Positions 21,769 to 32,640 of a DNA stretch of 64,000 nucleotides are shown here, one piece after another (positions within the stretch are counted from its first letter, which is position 1; each line of letters starts with the position of its first letter). The notes beneath the pieces are model-generated. The model saw nothing but the letters and a program-made list of their open reading frames with translations, made no database searches and was not told the DNA's origin. The translations under genes and the position numbers were made by a program. The stretch is from positions 3,946,141 through 4,010,140 of the forward strand of contig OZ244973.1 in NCBI GenBank assembly GCA_965222885.1. Reading direction: 5' to 3'. This stretch comes from Terriglobia bacterium (GTDB lineage: Bacteria; Acidobacteriota; Terriglobia; UBA7540; JAPUME01).

Positions 21769-23129
21769 TTTGTCTCTCCTCCTGAGGGCGACTCGATTGG
21801 GAGCCGCGAATCCGCGATGGGCTCCACAACCAGAATCAATCCCTCCATGGATTTCACCCGGACGCGGGTGTCTTGCGAAATCTTCTCCTCACTTCGCGCG
21901 CTCCAGAGTTCTCCCCGAATGAAAACCGTGCCGGTCAGGTCCAGATCGCTCTGAGCGGTGCCGGTCGCATCCAGCATCTGCGCATCTCCGGTCATGGCCT
22001 TCCGACGATGGGCCGTTATGGCCGCGCGCAAGAGGATGACCGTAATAATACCCAAGGGAATCGCCACCCCCAAAGCGGTGGAGAGATGAATTCGGGCCTC
22101 GGGCCAAGGCGAATCCACCAGGATGAGCGAACCGATCACCATAGACAGGACCCCTCCGGCGGCCAGGATGCCATGGGAAGCAATCTGGGCTTCCAAAACG
22201 AAGAGAACCACGGCCAGAAACAGCAGCAAAACTCCGGTCCAATTGATCGGCAGGAAATTGAAGGCGAACAAGGAAAGAACCAGCGATATCGCCCCGGCCA
22301 CCCCCGGCACAATCAGACCCGGATTGGTGAATTCGACATACAGCCCGATAACCCCCAGAGCCGCCAATAGGAACGCAATGTTGGGCTCAATGATATTCGA
22401 AAGGAACCGTTCCCGGCGCGTCATGGGATAGGGGTCCACCTTGACTCCGGCCAGTTGCAGTACGACGGTCTCGTCGTTGAATCGGCGGATGGTCTTGCCA
22501 TCGAAATTCCGGAAGATTTCCTGAGTTGAAGTCGCAACGGCATTGATCAGATTGCCTTCCAGAGCCTCCTTTTCCGTGTAAGAACGGCTCTCGCGGACAC
22601 CCTTTTCGGCCAACTCCACATTGCGACCCCGCTTGGCCGCCAAACTGCGAATATAAGCCGCCGCGTCGTTGCGAATTTTTTCCTCCATGGTCTTGCCGAT
22701 TTGCCGGCCTCCCATGAGTACCGGGTGTGCGGCACCGGTGTTGGTGCCCGGAGCCATCACCGCCACGTCGGCGGCGATGAGAAGGAAAAAGCCCGCCGAA
22801 GCCGCCCGGCTGCCGCTCGGGGATACATAAACGATCACTGGAACCTGAGAATCCACCATTCCCTTGACGATTTCTCTGAGCGACTTTTCCAGTCCGCCCG
22901 GGGTGCTGAGGACAATGAGAACGGCCTCGGCCTGGATTTCATTGGCATGTTCAATTCCCCGCAGCGCGTATTCCGCGCTGACGGGCTGGATCATCTCGTC
23001 GAGATCAATCCGGACCACGGTGCCCGCTCCGGGCTGGTCGGGAGACACCGCTCCAACCCCCACCCCTGCCGCCAGCAACAGAAGCGCGCCGTAATGGGTG
23101 GCTCGCTTGCGTATGCGAAATGAAATCAT
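21765..23129 (-). CDS. NfeD-family membrane-bound ClpP-class serine protease
   Basis: [29 protein letters not shown], a multi-TM middle and a C-terminal OB-like NfeD domain. The start is placed at MISFRIRK (23129), which gives an ATGA overlap with the upstream gene. The track ORF extends to 23255. Confidence 0.8.
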   Translation of the reverse strand: MISFRIRKRATHYGALLLLAAGVGVGAVSPDQPGAGTVVRIDLDEMIQPVSAEYALRGIEHANEIQAEAVLIVLSTPGGLEKSLREIVKGMVDSQVPVIVYVSPSGSRAASAGFFLLIAADVAVMAPGTNTGAAHPVLMGGRQIGKTMEEKIRNDAAAYIRSLAAKRGRNVELAEKGVRESRSYTEKEALEGNLINAVATSTQEIFRNFDGKTIRRFNDETVVLQLAGVKVDPYPMTRRERFLSNIIEPNIAFLLAALGVIGLYVEFTNPGLIVPGVAGAISLVLSLFAFNFLPINWTGVLLLFLAVVLFVLEAQIASHGILAAGGVLSMVIGSLILVDSPWPEARIHLSTALGVAIPLGIITVILLRAAITAHRRKAMTGDAQMLDATGTAQSDLDLTGTVFIRGELWSARSEEKISQDTRVRVKSMEGLILVVEPIADSRLPIESPSGGETK

Positions 23130-24460
23130 AGCCGGTTCGTCAGCCCTGTCCCAAAGAGTGGAATCTTCCCGGCGAGAAACCTCTGCCCGGGCGGAGGCGG
23201 GCCGGCACCTCCGGGAAGAAGGATCGCCCGGGGTGGGTTGGAGTCCTCTTCCCACCGATGAAAACTGCGCGGGTCGTACTCCACCTTGATCCGCAACTGA
23301 AAATCGGGCCGCTCTCCGGGGAGAGCTTTGTCGCCCTTGTCTTCGATGATCCCGGTTCCCACGGTTGTTTCCCGACTCTCCCCTACCGGCTTAACGTGGT
23401 TATTTCTAGCGTGGATCCGGGCTGCCAAATTCCGGGCTTCCGTATCATCTTCACGAAGGCGCACCGATTCTTGCGCAAAGTGGGCAGCTCGTTCGAAATC
23501 CCCCAGTTGCCAAAACATCACGGCCAAGTTGAAAGAAAGGTCCGGGTCACTCGAGTCAAGCTCGTAAGCTCTCCCAAGGAGTTCCAAAGCCTCCTGAGGG
23601 TGGCCGCTTCGGGCCCGCAACAGGCCCAGATTATTGGATACTTCCGGCGCCTGGATCTCCTCAGCCAGTGCACGGAATGTAGATTCGGCCTTTCCGTAGT
23701 CTTCCAAAAGAAAATGGTCGATGCCCCGCAGGAAGAACGCTTCCCAGTATCGGCCATGCCCCGGCTTCAGTTTGCGGAGCCATTCGAGCGAAGGGGAGTA
23801 TTTCTTGTCGCCAAAGTAAACACGCCCCAACTCGAAAGCGGAACGGTAGTCATGCGGATCCAACTGGTAGGCCCGGGTGAAATAGCTTACCTGTTCATCC
23901 CAGTCGTCCGCCAGTAAGCCGCGAATGAAATTTTCAAAGGCATCCAGCTTGACCCGAGGAGCTCGCCGGACAAATTCTTTCTTTGCCATAGCGAACCCGG
24001 GATCGAGCTCGCGCCACAGGGCCCACGCGAGACGGAGCTGAATTTCCAGCAACTCTTCGAGTCTTCCTTGTTCTCGGAGAGCCGGCCTGAGCCGGCGGGC
24101 CTTCACGTCCACCAGCCGAGCCTGAGCCGAGAGAGTTTGTCCGTCCCATTGGAAACTTCCCGTTACGATCCAGTCCGCTTCGGTACTGCGAGCCATCTTG
24201 TAAAGGCTGGCCAGGGTCAATCCCGGAACCGCGGGCAGACCCAACGCTTGGTAGGCTTGCATGCGCTCTTCCCGCGAAATGGCATAACGGCGCGGCGAGA
24301 TTAATCGGGATTGCAAGGTCTCCGAAAAGCTTTCCGAAATCCATACAAGGTCCGAGCGACCACTCCGATTCTCGAAGGGGAAGACCACCACCGTCTCCGT
24401 TGCAGAAACAGAAAACAGGGGACCCGTCAGGAGGAGAACAACAGCAAGGCGAAGGATCAT
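23126..24460 (-). CDS. TPR repeat protein (secreted or lipoprotein-like)
   Basis: Multiple TPR-like A/Y/L repeats. The start is placed at MILRLAVVLLLTGPLF (24460), whereas the track ORF begins at 24559. Confidence 0.55.
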   Translation of the reverse strand: MILRLAVVLLLTGPLFSVSATETVVVFPFENRSGRSDLVWISESFSETLQSRLISPRRYAISREERMQAYQALGLPAVPGLTLASLYKMARSTEADWIVTGSFQWDGQTLSAQARLVDVKARRLRPALREQGRLEELLEIQLRLAWALWRELDPGFAMAKKEFVRRAPRVKLDAFENFIRGLLADDWDEQVSYFTRAYQLDPHDYRSAFELGRVYFGDKKYSPSLEWLRKLKPGHGRYWEAFFLRGIDHFLLEDYGKAESTFRALAEEIQAPEVSNNLGLLRARSGHPQEALELLGRAYELDSSDPDLSFNLAVMFWQLGDFERAAHFAQESVRLREDDTEARNLAARIHARNNHVKPVGESRETTVGTGIIEDKGDKALPGERPDFQLRIKVEYDPRSFHRWEEDSNPPRAILLPGGAGPPPPGQRFLAGKIPLFGTGLTNRL

Positions 24461-24636
24461 GTGAATTTCAACCCAACCTCGAGCGCAAATCCCATTATAG
24501 CAGACCCCAACCATGAAAGATGGGCGATTCCACCTCCGGCAACGCGGAAAGAGTTTCATTCCCCCGCATTCTCCGTTGCAGGGGGCCGCCGGGAAGTGAG
24601 ATCAAGAAACATCGCGAGCCGACGAGCGGCGTCAGC

Positions 24637-25443
24637 CTAATTCCGAATCGCAGTGGGCGGGTTGCTCAGGAGCTCCCCGAAGGGCGGGTAGTCGGCCATC
24701 CGCTGCAAGTCCGGGTCCTTCCGAATCTTTTCGAAATCGTCAAAGCCATCTTCGAGAGCCCGCCGGAGGTATCGGATGGCTTGCCCGAATCGGTCCAGGG
24801 AGGCAAAAATCTTGGCGACCCGGAAGTACATTTTTTCATCCCAGCTCCGAGTCTGCAGGGTGCTTCCGAAGGTGCCTGTCCGGCTCAGGATCTCGGGGTC
24901 AAGCTGCAGTGCAGCGCGGTATTCCTGGGCCGCCTGGTCAATCATTTTTCTGTGGAAGTAGGCAACCCCCAAATTCAGATGCAAGGTCGCATTGTCCGGG
25001 TCCAGCGCCAATGCCCGGAGATAAAGTTTGGTAGATTTCTTGTACTTGTTTTGCATGTAGAAAGTGGTGCCGAGGTTGTTGAGGGCCTGCGAGGACTTGC
25101 GGTCGATCCGATAAGCCCGTTTGTAAGCCTTGCGGGCCTTTCGGAAATTTCCGAAGGCCTGCCAAGCAATGCCGATCCGGTTCCACAAGGAAGCGTTGGA
25201 GCGATCCTTTTCCAAGGCCCGTTGATAGAAGGCGATGGCCTCCCGATACATCTTGCGGGCCATGTAAAGATTGGCTCTTTGTTCAAGCGTGATAGCGCGA
25301 GGCGGAGGAGGAACGCCTTGCCGCACGGGCCGAGCGGACAATTCCGGTGCCAGGGACAGGAAAGAGGCAGCGATGGGCTGCCCGCCGGGAGCCGCACCGG
25401 CCCCCAACACCAGGAAGAGAAGGATTCGGTATCCGACACTCAT
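24637..25443 (-). CDS. TPR repeat protein (secreted)
   Basis: Signal-like N-terminus. Repeated AxxxYxxAL...P.NA TPR units. Confidence 0.6.
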   Translation of the reverse strand: MSVGYRILLFLVLGAGAAPGGQPIAASFLSLAPELSARPVRQGVPPPPRAITLEQRANLYMARKMYREAIAFYQRALEKDRSNASLWNRIGIAWQAFGNFRKARKAYKRAYRIDRKSSQALNNLGTTFYMQNKYKKSTKLYLRALALDPDNATLHLNLGVAYFHRKMIDQAAQEYRAALQLDPEILSRTGTFGSTLQTRSWDEKMYFRVAKIFASLDRFGQAIRYLRRALEDGFDDFEKIRKDPDLQRMADYPPFGELLSNPPTAIRN

Positions 25444-25463
25444 TTCTCTTCCTCCAAAAAGCC

Positions 25464-28067
25464 CTAGGGTTCTTGTGAGGAAGCTTTGGGAATTTCTCCG
25501 TCCGAGGGTCGCTTCTGCTTCTTACCCTTGTTGTGAAACAGACCCAAAAACTTGCGGAATACACCTCGTCGCGACGGTGGTTTGGAGACTTCCAAGTCGG
25601 GAAGTACTTCCTCGCCCTCCCATCTTTCCATCTCATCGGCCCCAGCGGCAACCGGAACCGGCGGAAGATTCTCCTCGGAGGGTGACATCGTGGTTTGATC
25701 CTCGGCCAGAAGTCGGTCCAGGGCCGACCGAACCGGCAATGCATCCGGTTCCACCTCCGGTTCGGTACCTTCGACGAAGACCTCCAAGACGTTGCGAGGC
25801 TCGTTTTCGCTGAGAAATACCTCCTCAGGAACCTCGAACTTTTGATAGGAAATGCCGGGGGGAGGCCGGAAAGGCCCCGCATTCTTATAAGCGGGAAGTT
25901 CGGCGGCCCTTTTCATGAACATCGTCCAGATGGGCAAGGCGGAACTGGCTCCGCTAAGGCCCAATTCGCGGTCGTCGTCATATCCCACCCATACCGCGCA
26001 GAGCAGGTTGCTGGTGTAACCCACAAACCATCCGTCCCGCGAGGTTCCCGTCTTCCCGGCAGCGGGCAATTCGAAGCCCCTCCTGCGAACCCCGCCGCCG
26101 GTACCACGATTGATCACGGTCTGCAGTAGATGGGTCATGAGAAAGCTGATGCGCGGATCCAGCACTTGGCGGCTTTCGCGGGGACTTTGCCAAACGCTCA
26201 CACCCTCCGCATTGCGAACCTCGGCGATGGGGAAAGGGCTCCGGTACTCGCCTTGGTTGGCAAAGATCGTGTACGCTCCAATAATCTCCAGCGGCGTCGC
26301 CACGTACGCGCCCAAAGCAATCGCGGGCGTGGCCTCGACCTCGCGGTTAAACCCGGCCAGCGTGGCCAACTCCTCCACCTTCCAGTAGCCGATCGTTTCA
26401 GCCAGCTTGACCGTGGCCACGTTCAACGAAAGAGCCAGCGCCTTTCTCAGGGTGACCAAGCCGTGATATTGCTGCTTATAGTTCTCGGGTTCGTAAATCG
26501 CCTCCCCAAATTCAAACCGGGTAGGCTCATCCACAACCGTGCTGGCCGTAGTAATCAGGGGGTTCGAGCCGTCCACAGCCGAGTTCAGCGCGGCAGCGTA
26601 AACGAAAGGCTTGAAGGAGGATCCGGGTTGCCGCTTCGCCAGGGTATGGTTCAACTGGCTACTCCCATAATCGCGCCCTCCAACCAACGCCTTCACAGCC
26701 CCGGTATGGGGATCAATGGCCACCAGACACACCTGCGGCTGAAGCGGATCCTCGGGTCTCTCCAAGATACCCTTGGCAGCCAGGGCATTCAGGCGCTCGT
26801 TTATCGATTCTGTGCCCCCTTGGACGGCCTCCGAGGCAGCCCTCTGCAGGCCTAAATCGAGCGTCGTGTAAACCTGAAAATCTCCGGAGAGAATCTCCTC
26901 CTCAGGAAATCGTCCAAGCAATTGCTTACGAACCATATCGACGAAGTAGGGAGCCTGGCTGGCCTCCACATTGCGCGCCGCCACCTCCAGCCCGGTCCCT
27001 ATGGCCTGTTCCGCTTCGACCTGGCTGAGAGCCTCGATCTCCACCATCTGGCGGATCACCGTATCGCGCCGCTCGGTGGCCCGCTCGGGATATTTATAAG
27101 GGTAGTAAATATTCGGGGCCCGGATCATTCCGGCTAACAGGGCCGCCTCCGGCACCGTCAGATCCCACACCTCTTTGTTGAAATAAGCCCGGGCTGCCTC
27201 TCCGAAGCCGTGGACCGCGAAGCTGCCGCGGTGACCCAGATAAGTCTGATTGCCGTAAAGCTCAAAGATTTCCTCTTTGGTCAGTCGAGCTTCCAAAATC
27301 AGCGCAATATAAATCTCCGCCATTTTTCGCCTGTAGGTCCGGGCCGGCGTAAGGAAGAAATTCCGGGCCAACTGCATCGTGATGGTGCTCGCGCCCTGGA
27401 TGGCCTGTGGCCTCCTCAGGTTGTTGATGGCCGCCGCCAGGATGCGATAAAAATTGATCCCAATGTGGCTGAAAAACTGCCGGTCTTCGGTGGCGATCAC
27501 CGCATCCCGGACAACCGTCGGGATATCCGCATAGCGGAGCAACCGTCGCTTGGTTCGACTGCGACCGAACAGAGTGGTAATGGGTTCCGGTTCCAGAAGG
27601 TAAGAATAAAGGGGAAGCTTCTCTTGGCCGGCAACCATCGACTCAATCAGGCCGTCCTGGAAATAGAGCGTGATCGCCTTCCCGTCGCGGTGCAGGGAAC
27701 GTTTCCCGGGGTGGATCTGGATAAACTTTTCGCCCACCCGATAGTAGCCCACCGGGGAACGATCCACTTCCTCCGCATAGCCCGACCGCCTCAGTCGGCG
27801 CGCCACCTCCGCGGCGGAGAGTTCTTGTCCCCGGGTTATCTGCAGGGGGGCCGCGTAAACCGTCCCCGTCCGATTAAACACGTCCCCGCTGAAACGGCTG
27901 TCGATGATACCCGAGAAGAGCACGTAGTAATGCAGGAGAACTCCACCGGCGGCCAGAAAGATCACCACGCCGGCCGAAAAGGCCACCCGCAGGAACTTTT
28001 TCCGCAGGGGCAGCTTCGACCAAGGTTTGCGGATGCGGACTCGAATCGGAAACTTTTTTGATGCCAC
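25464..28067 (-). CDS. penicillin-binding protein 1A family (bifunctional transglycosylase/transpeptidase)
   Basis: GT51 motifs EDRQFFSHIGIN and GASTITMQLARN. Transpeptidase motifs GSSFKPF (SxxK) and KTGTS. Confidence 0.85.
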   Translation of the reverse strand: MASKKFPIRVRIRKPWSKLPLRKKFLRVAFSAGVVIFLAAGGVLLHYYVLFSGIIDSRFSGDVFNRTGTVYAAPLQITRGQELSAAEVARRLRRSGYAEEVDRSPVGYYRVGEKFIQIHPGKRSLHRDGKAITLYFQDGLIESMVAGQEKLPLYSYLLEPEPITTLFGRSRTKRRLLRYADIPTVVRDAVIATEDRQFFSHIGINFYRILAAAINNLRRPQAIQGASTITMQLARNFFLTPARTYRRKMAEIYIALILEARLTKEEIFELYGNQTYLGHRGSFAVHGFGEAARAYFNKEVWDLTVPEAALLAGMIRAPNIYYPYKYPERATERRDTVIRQMVEIEALSQVEAEQAIGTGLEVAARNVEASQAPYFVDMVRKQLLGRFPEEEILSGDFQVYTTLDLGLQRAASEAVQGGTESINERLNALAAKGILERPEDPLQPQVCLVAIDPHTGAVKALVGGRDYGSSQLNHTLAKRQPGSSFKPFVYAAALNSAVDGSNPLITTASTVVDEPTRFEFGEAIYEPENYKQQYHGLVTLRKALALSLNVATVKLAETIGYWKVEELATLAGFNREVEATPAIALGAYVATPLEIIGAYTIFANQGEYRSPFPIAEVRNAEGVSVWQSPRESRQVLDPRISFLMTHLLQTVINRGTGGGVRRRGFELPAAGKTGTSRDGWFVGYTSNLLCAVWVGYDDDRELGLSGASSALPIWTMFMKRAAELPAYKNAGPFRPPPGISYQKFEVPEEVFLSENEPRNVLEVFVEGTEPEVEPDALPVRSALDRLLAEDQTTMSPSEENLPPVPVAAGADEMERWEGEEVLPDLEVSKPPSRRGVFRKFLGLFHNKGKKQKRPSDGEIPKASSQEP

Positions 28068-28308
28068 GGGCTACAAACCCCGATTCACGCTGGAGGGATT
28101 CAAAGGGAGTTGAAAAGAGAAAAACATCATTTCGATGGGGGCCGTGTAGTGGACGTTTAGCGAAACCATCTTGAAGCCGGCCTCAACTTGAACCTGTGCG
28201 CGGGTGATCGGCCATTCCAGCGCGCGAGCCTCCTCGACAACCCGATGGAAACGGGCGTTGACCCTCGCGGATTTCCCAACCCACCGGGGACCCTCGGCCG
28301 CTACACCC

Positions 28309-29997
28309 TCACTGGGACTCGAGTGCCTTCACCACCTCCTCAATTCTAACATCGGCAGTTTTTCCTGTCGAGCGATCCAGAATTTCCGCCAACCCTTGGC
28401 CGAACTTCTTTCGTCCCAGGGTCACCCTGCGGGGGATACCCGTCAGGTCCGCGTCCTTGAACTTGACCCCCGGGCGTTCGGCTCGGTCGTCGAATAGCAC
28501 CTCCACCCCGCCGGCTTGCATCTGCCGATAAAGTTCCTCACCCGCTTGGCGGAGCCCCTCCTGATCCATATTGGCCACCGTGAGGACGACTTCAAAGGGC
28601 GCAATGGGTTGCGGGAGGGCCGTCCCGTCAGCGTCCATATTCTGCTCAACGGCAGCCGTCAGGATCCTCTCAAGCCCAATGCCGTAGGACCCCATAAGAA
28701 GGTGGACCTGTTTACCGGAGGGGTCGAGTACGGTAGCACCCATGGGCTCCGAGTAGCGCCGACCGAGCTGGAATACATGGCCGACTTCAATGGCCTTCGC
28801 AAGGGACACCGGGCGGCCGCAGCGCACGCAGAGGTCACCTTCCCCCACCTCCCTAAGATCGACATATTCAGCCTGAAAGTCTTGGCCAGGAGTAACATAG
28901 CGCAGGTGTGCATCTTTGCGGTTGGCGCCGGTGATCATGTTTCGGCGACCCTGGAGGGCTTCATCGGCGAGGATACGCACCCCCTCCACGCCTACGGGGC
29001 CCAAGTACCCGAGCGGCGCGCTCAGCCATGTTTCCGACTCCTGGGGCGATGCCGGCCGGAAAACGTCCGTTCCCAATGCGCTGCAAAGCTTGGACTCGCT
29101 GAGCTGATGGTCACCCCGCAGCAGCACCAGCACAGGTCGGCTCTCCACGTTGTAAATAAGCGACTTCATCAACCGCGCGGCGGGCTGCCGGGTAAAAGCT
29201 ACCAGATCCTCGATGGTGCGCTTCTCAGGGGTGGAAAACGGTTCCGGCACGCGCTCGGCTGAGTCATCCTCAATCGGGGAGGGCCGCGAGGTGGCCATTT
29301 CCCGATTCGCTGCATACCCGCACGGACACTGCACGACTACATCCTCCCCGGCATCGCTGAACACCACGAATTCGTGCGAAACCGTGCCCCCCATGGGTCC
29401 GGAAGCGGCTTCTACCGCATGGTACTTCAGCCCACAGCGCTCGAAGATACGGCAATAGGCGTCGTAGTGCTTGCGATAGCTGACCTCCATGCCGGCCTGA
29501 TCCAGGTCGAAGGAGTAGGAATCCTTCATCGTGAACTGCCGCATACGCAGAAGGCCCGACTTGGGACGCGGCTCATCGCGGAATTTCTCCTGAATCTGAT
29601 ACCAGAGCTGGGGCAATTGGCGGTAGGAGCGGATCTCACGGCGCGCGATGTCCGTCATGCCCTCCTCATGCGTCAGGGCCAGGCAGAGGGAGCGTTGATT
29701 GCGGTCGTTGAGTCGGAACATGGTGTCGCCCATCACGTCCCACCGCCCGCTTTCCTGCCATAACTCCGCTGGATTGAGCGCCGGCAGGTAGAACTCCTGC
29801 GCCCCGATGGCATCCATCTCCTCGCGGATGATCCGTGCGATCTTTAACAGCGACCTCTGCGCCAGGTAGAGATAGGCATAGACGCCGGCGGCCAACTGGC
29901 GTACGTAACCCGCCCGTAGGAGCAACCGGTGACTGGGCGCCTCGGCCTCCGCCGGTTCCTCGCGGAGAGTCGGTATGAAGATTTTGCTCCAGCGCAT
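28309..29997 (-). CDS. proS: proline--tRNA ligase
   Basis: Class II aaRS motifs (RPKSGLLRMRQFTMKDSYSF, GSYGIG) and an N-terminal FIPTLREEPAEAE. The start is placed at MRWSKIF (29997). Confidence 0.9.
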   Translation of the reverse strand: MRWSKIFIPTLREEPAEAEAPSHRLLLRAGYVRQLAAGVYAYLYLAQRSLLKIARIIREEMDAIGAQEFYLPALNPAELWQESGRWDVMGDTMFRLNDRNQRSLCLALTHEEGMTDIARREIRSYRQLPQLWYQIQEKFRDEPRPKSGLLRMRQFTMKDSYSFDLDQAGMEVSYRKHYDAYCRIFERCGLKYHAVEAASGPMGGTVSHEFVVFSDAGEDVVVQCPCGYAANREMATSRPSPIEDDSAERVPEPFSTPEKRTIEDLVAFTRQPAARLMKSLIYNVESRPVLVLLRGDHQLSESKLCSALGTDVFRPASPQESETWLSAPLGYLGPVGVEGVRILADEALQGRRNMITGANRKDAHLRYVTPGQDFQAEYVDLREVGEGDLCVRCGRPVSLAKAIEVGHVFQLGRRYSEPMGATVLDPSGKQVHLLMGSYGIGLERILTAAVEQNMDADGTALPQPIAPFEVVLTVANMDQEGLRQAGEELYRQMQAGGVEVLFDDRAERPGVKFKDADLTGIPRRVTLGRKKFGQGLAEILDRSTGKTADVRIEEVVKALESQ

Positions 29998-30922
29998 GCG
30001 GATTCCTTTCCGGGAAGCGGAAAATGGCATTGTTCAGGACAACTCCGCCCGTTGTCAAGCTGGCGATCACTCCTGCAGACAGGCGGTATGCAAAATAACC
30101 GGATCACCGCGCAGCCGGGGTTCCCTGCGCGGCAAACACGCTGTACACGTTCAGACATATATATTAATGCGTGACCCCTCACCCAGCGCTGTCTGCCGGC
30201 CAGGCGGACGGCCACTTGTCTATCCCGCCTGTACGGGCAGGCGAGCAGGGAGAGGCAGGCGGGGAAAGGTTTTCGATGGCAAGCCAACGGAGATGCGCGA
30301 TTGTGCCGCCGTCTAAACCTTCAGGATGCTTCCGGGTGAGCCGATTCGGCGGGAGATCGACAAGATGTCGGAAGCAGGTCCCTAATGTAAAGGCGCCGGA
30401 CCGATGCCGTTCGAAACGGAAAAGAACCGTCTGGAGGTGTCGTCGCGCGCGCCGAACACGGCTCGAATGCAGAAAAAGTACTAGATGTTGTGCACGTCTT
30501 GGTTTTCTGTCGTTTTTGCTTGACAGCCGTGTGAGGGTCTTGCGCATACTGGCATCGTAGTAAGAAGCAAGTCGCCGTAGCAGATGTTTTTAGATGAGGG
30601 AGCGGCGGCTAAAAAACTGATCGGGCGCTGCGGACCTCCCCGCTCCGTGGCGTGACGGAGGGCAGCGGTTGGGCGGGGACACCCGCTGCTGCCCCATGAG
30701 AAATCGTACTACCCCACAACCCATTTCCACTCGGCGCACGGGCCTGTCTGCGTGCGACGTACAGGCAGGCGCCGATCATTCCTGAACCCAACCCCAGGCT
30801 CTGCCGCCTCGCAGTACCTTCTCGACTTAGCGCCGGTAGTTTCCCCGGATTTCATCCGGCGGGAGTCGATGCAGGTCCAGACTGCTTGGCCAGAGCCAAA
30901 CTACAAAAAAAAGGAGTTAGCC

Positions 30923-31687
30923 ATGAGAAAATTCTGTTTCAGTCTGTTGTTTCTGACCTTTGTAACTGCCACCATCACCGACGTTCTTCTGGCTCAATAC
31001 GGTGAAGAGTATTGCGTCATCGTCTTGACAGGACAAAACCGCAACCGGACGGTTGCCGGGGCGGTCAATACAGAATGCGAGGGCATCCATAGTAAACCTT
31101 TTGGGAATTGGGGCGTGGCCTCAAATTACGGTCGCATACGAGACAAGGATCAGTTCCGAGGATGGTGGCCCCGGCACACTACAAGCACGAAGAAGCAATG
31201 GAATTCCTGCACCACAAAAAAAGCAAAATATCGGGCGCCAAACTGCACATACTACAGACGCTCTGTCCCTCCCACTCCGCCATATCGTTGCGATAAGCAA
31301 TACTCAAACGACGTCGTCACGCATGGCACGCTGCGATACCGAACTGCGGTTCAGCCCTGCCCTCCGCCCTGGTGGCCGGCGGGTTCTTCCAGCAGCGGCT
31401 GTCGGTGGGTTGGGACCGTGGGTCAGGCCAGCAACCACATGTCCCTCTACGAGCTCGACCCCGGGGGCGGTAACCAGTTGGTCGAAACGCTCTATTTCCC
31501 CGGCACCTCCGTCACGCTCACGGGCTGCACCAAGGAGGAGTGTCCCGAAAAAACAACGGGTTGGGTCCGGATGACGAGTTCCACTTCTTCAACTGCCAAG
31601 GTCGAAGCCGAGTTGCGCATGAAGGCAAGAGCCTACTTTCAGGCTTGCGACTGGTCCTGGACCGAGGGCGGGGGTAGTGGCAACTAA
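30923..31687 (+). CDS. hypothetical secreted Cys/Trp-rich protein
   Basis: AAGGAG RBS 7 nt upstream of the ATG. Signal peptide MRKFCFSLLFLTFVTATITDVLLAQ. About ten Cys in the mature part. No family recognised. Confidence 0.4.
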   Translation: MRKFCFSLLFLTFVTATITDVLLAQYGEEYCVIVLTGQNRNRTVAGAVNTECEGIHSKPFGNWGVASNYGRIRDKDQFRGWWPRHTTSTKKQWNSCTTKKAKYRAPNCTYYRRSVPPTPPYRCDKQYSNDVVTHGTLRYRTAVQPCPPPWWPAGSSSSGCRWVGTVGQASNHMSLYELDPGGGNQLVETLYFPGTSVTLTGCTKEECPEKTTGWVRMTSSTSSTAKVEAELRMKARAYFQACDWSWTEGGGSGN

Positions 31688-31713
31688 CTAGCCGAGAAAA
31701 AGGAGAAAAACAG

Positions 31714-32640
31714 ATGCGAAACACAAAGCTTATTACCATCCTTGGAAGTGTCGTTTTCCTGAGCCTGACCGTCTCTGCGGTGGCCGCACCGCTGGAGATC
31801 GTGGGCACGCTGCGCAACGTGGACGAGGTGCCGCTCAGTGGAAGGATTACGGTGATCCAGGAGACCTCCAGCGGCGTGACCTTCACTCATCACGAGGTCG
31901 ATAAGACCGGCCTGTTCAAAATGGCCATCGACTCCGAGGGAGAACTGGTGCTTCATGCATCAGCCCCGCAACACCCTGCGGGCGAGCGAGTGATCCCCGC
32001 CGGGACCACCGGGGTGGTGAACGTGGACTTCATCCTGCCCTTGGGCCAGGACGTGCAGGTGCGGGTGGTCGATGACCTGGGACAGGGCGTACCGGGAGCC
32101 GCCCTGCGGGTCCGCTACCACGAGCCCGGCAAACCCCTGCGGCGGGTCGGGTTCGATCACAAGGAGGTCACCGATGGGGATGGGCGTCTGACGCTGCGAG
32201 ACATGGGCATCGAGGTTCCCTTCGTGGTGGACGTTCTGGCCCCTCACTACCCGCCGATCTCTTCCAATCGCACCAAGCTGGGCGAGGGGAAGACCGAAAT
32301 GGAGGACATCGTGTTAGGGAAGCCGGGAGCGACGGTGGTGGTGGAACTGGTCGATAAGGCCGGGGACCCGGTTGCCGATGCTGGGATCAGGCTGCTGGCC
32401 GACCCGGCGGGATATCCCGCCGAGGCGCGGGGTTCCTGGCTGCATCCTTTGGCCTTCCGGCAGCGTGCGGTGACTTCCGCCCAGGGCAGTGCCCGGTTTA
32501 CAGGGGTGCCTCCGGGGCAGGCCGGCGTCTTCCACGGTTTTCTCCCAACTCCTTCCTTTCGTTGCTATTACACGGTTTTGGGGCTTCTGCTTTCGCTCGC
32601 AACGCCTATGGTTAGCCCGCTTGAGGGGCGAGTTTTCTGA
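31714..32640 (+). CDS. CarboxypepD_reg-like repeat protein, 3' end replaced by repeat S1 (probably truncated)
   Basis: Signal peptide plus several Ig-like carboxypeptidase-regulatory repeats (G.V.D..G.PV.GA.V). The last ~38 codons are a read-through of the S1 repeat that starts at 32527. Confidence 0.5.
   Translation: MRNTKLITILGSVVFLSLTVSAVAAPLEIVGTLRNVDEVPLSGRITVIQETSSGVTFTHHEVDKTGLFKMAIDSEGELVLHASAPQHPAGERVIPAGTTGVVNVDFILPLGQDVQVRVVDDLGQGVPGAALRVRYHEPGKPLRRVGFDHKEVTDGDGRLTLRDMGIEVPFVVDVLAPHYPPISSNRTKLGEGKTEMEDIVLGKPGATVVVELVDKAGDPVADAGIRLLADPAGYPAEARGSWLHPLAFRQRAVTSAQGSARFTGVPPGQAGVFHGFLPTPSFRCYYTVLGLLLSLATPMVSPLEGRVF

Noticed and set aside
21765-24559. N-terminal extensions of the NfeD (to 23255) and TPR (to 24559) ORFs given in the track
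   Set aside because: The extensions are Arg/Pro-rich and overlap the upstream genes. Internal Met codons followed by signal or TM segments give 4-nt coupled starts instead.
24520-25467. 315-aa + strand ORF
   Set aside because: It is antisense to the TPR protein gene at 24637..25443 and is a low-complexity GC artefact.
30031-30922. RNase P, tmRNA, SRP or 6S RNA in the gene-free stretch
   Set aside because: I looked for hallmark strings (GAGGAAAGTCC, the tmRNA tag-reading-frame pattern, the SRP GGAAGCAGCC helix-8 motif) and found none. The stretch is kept only as an unexplained structured region.
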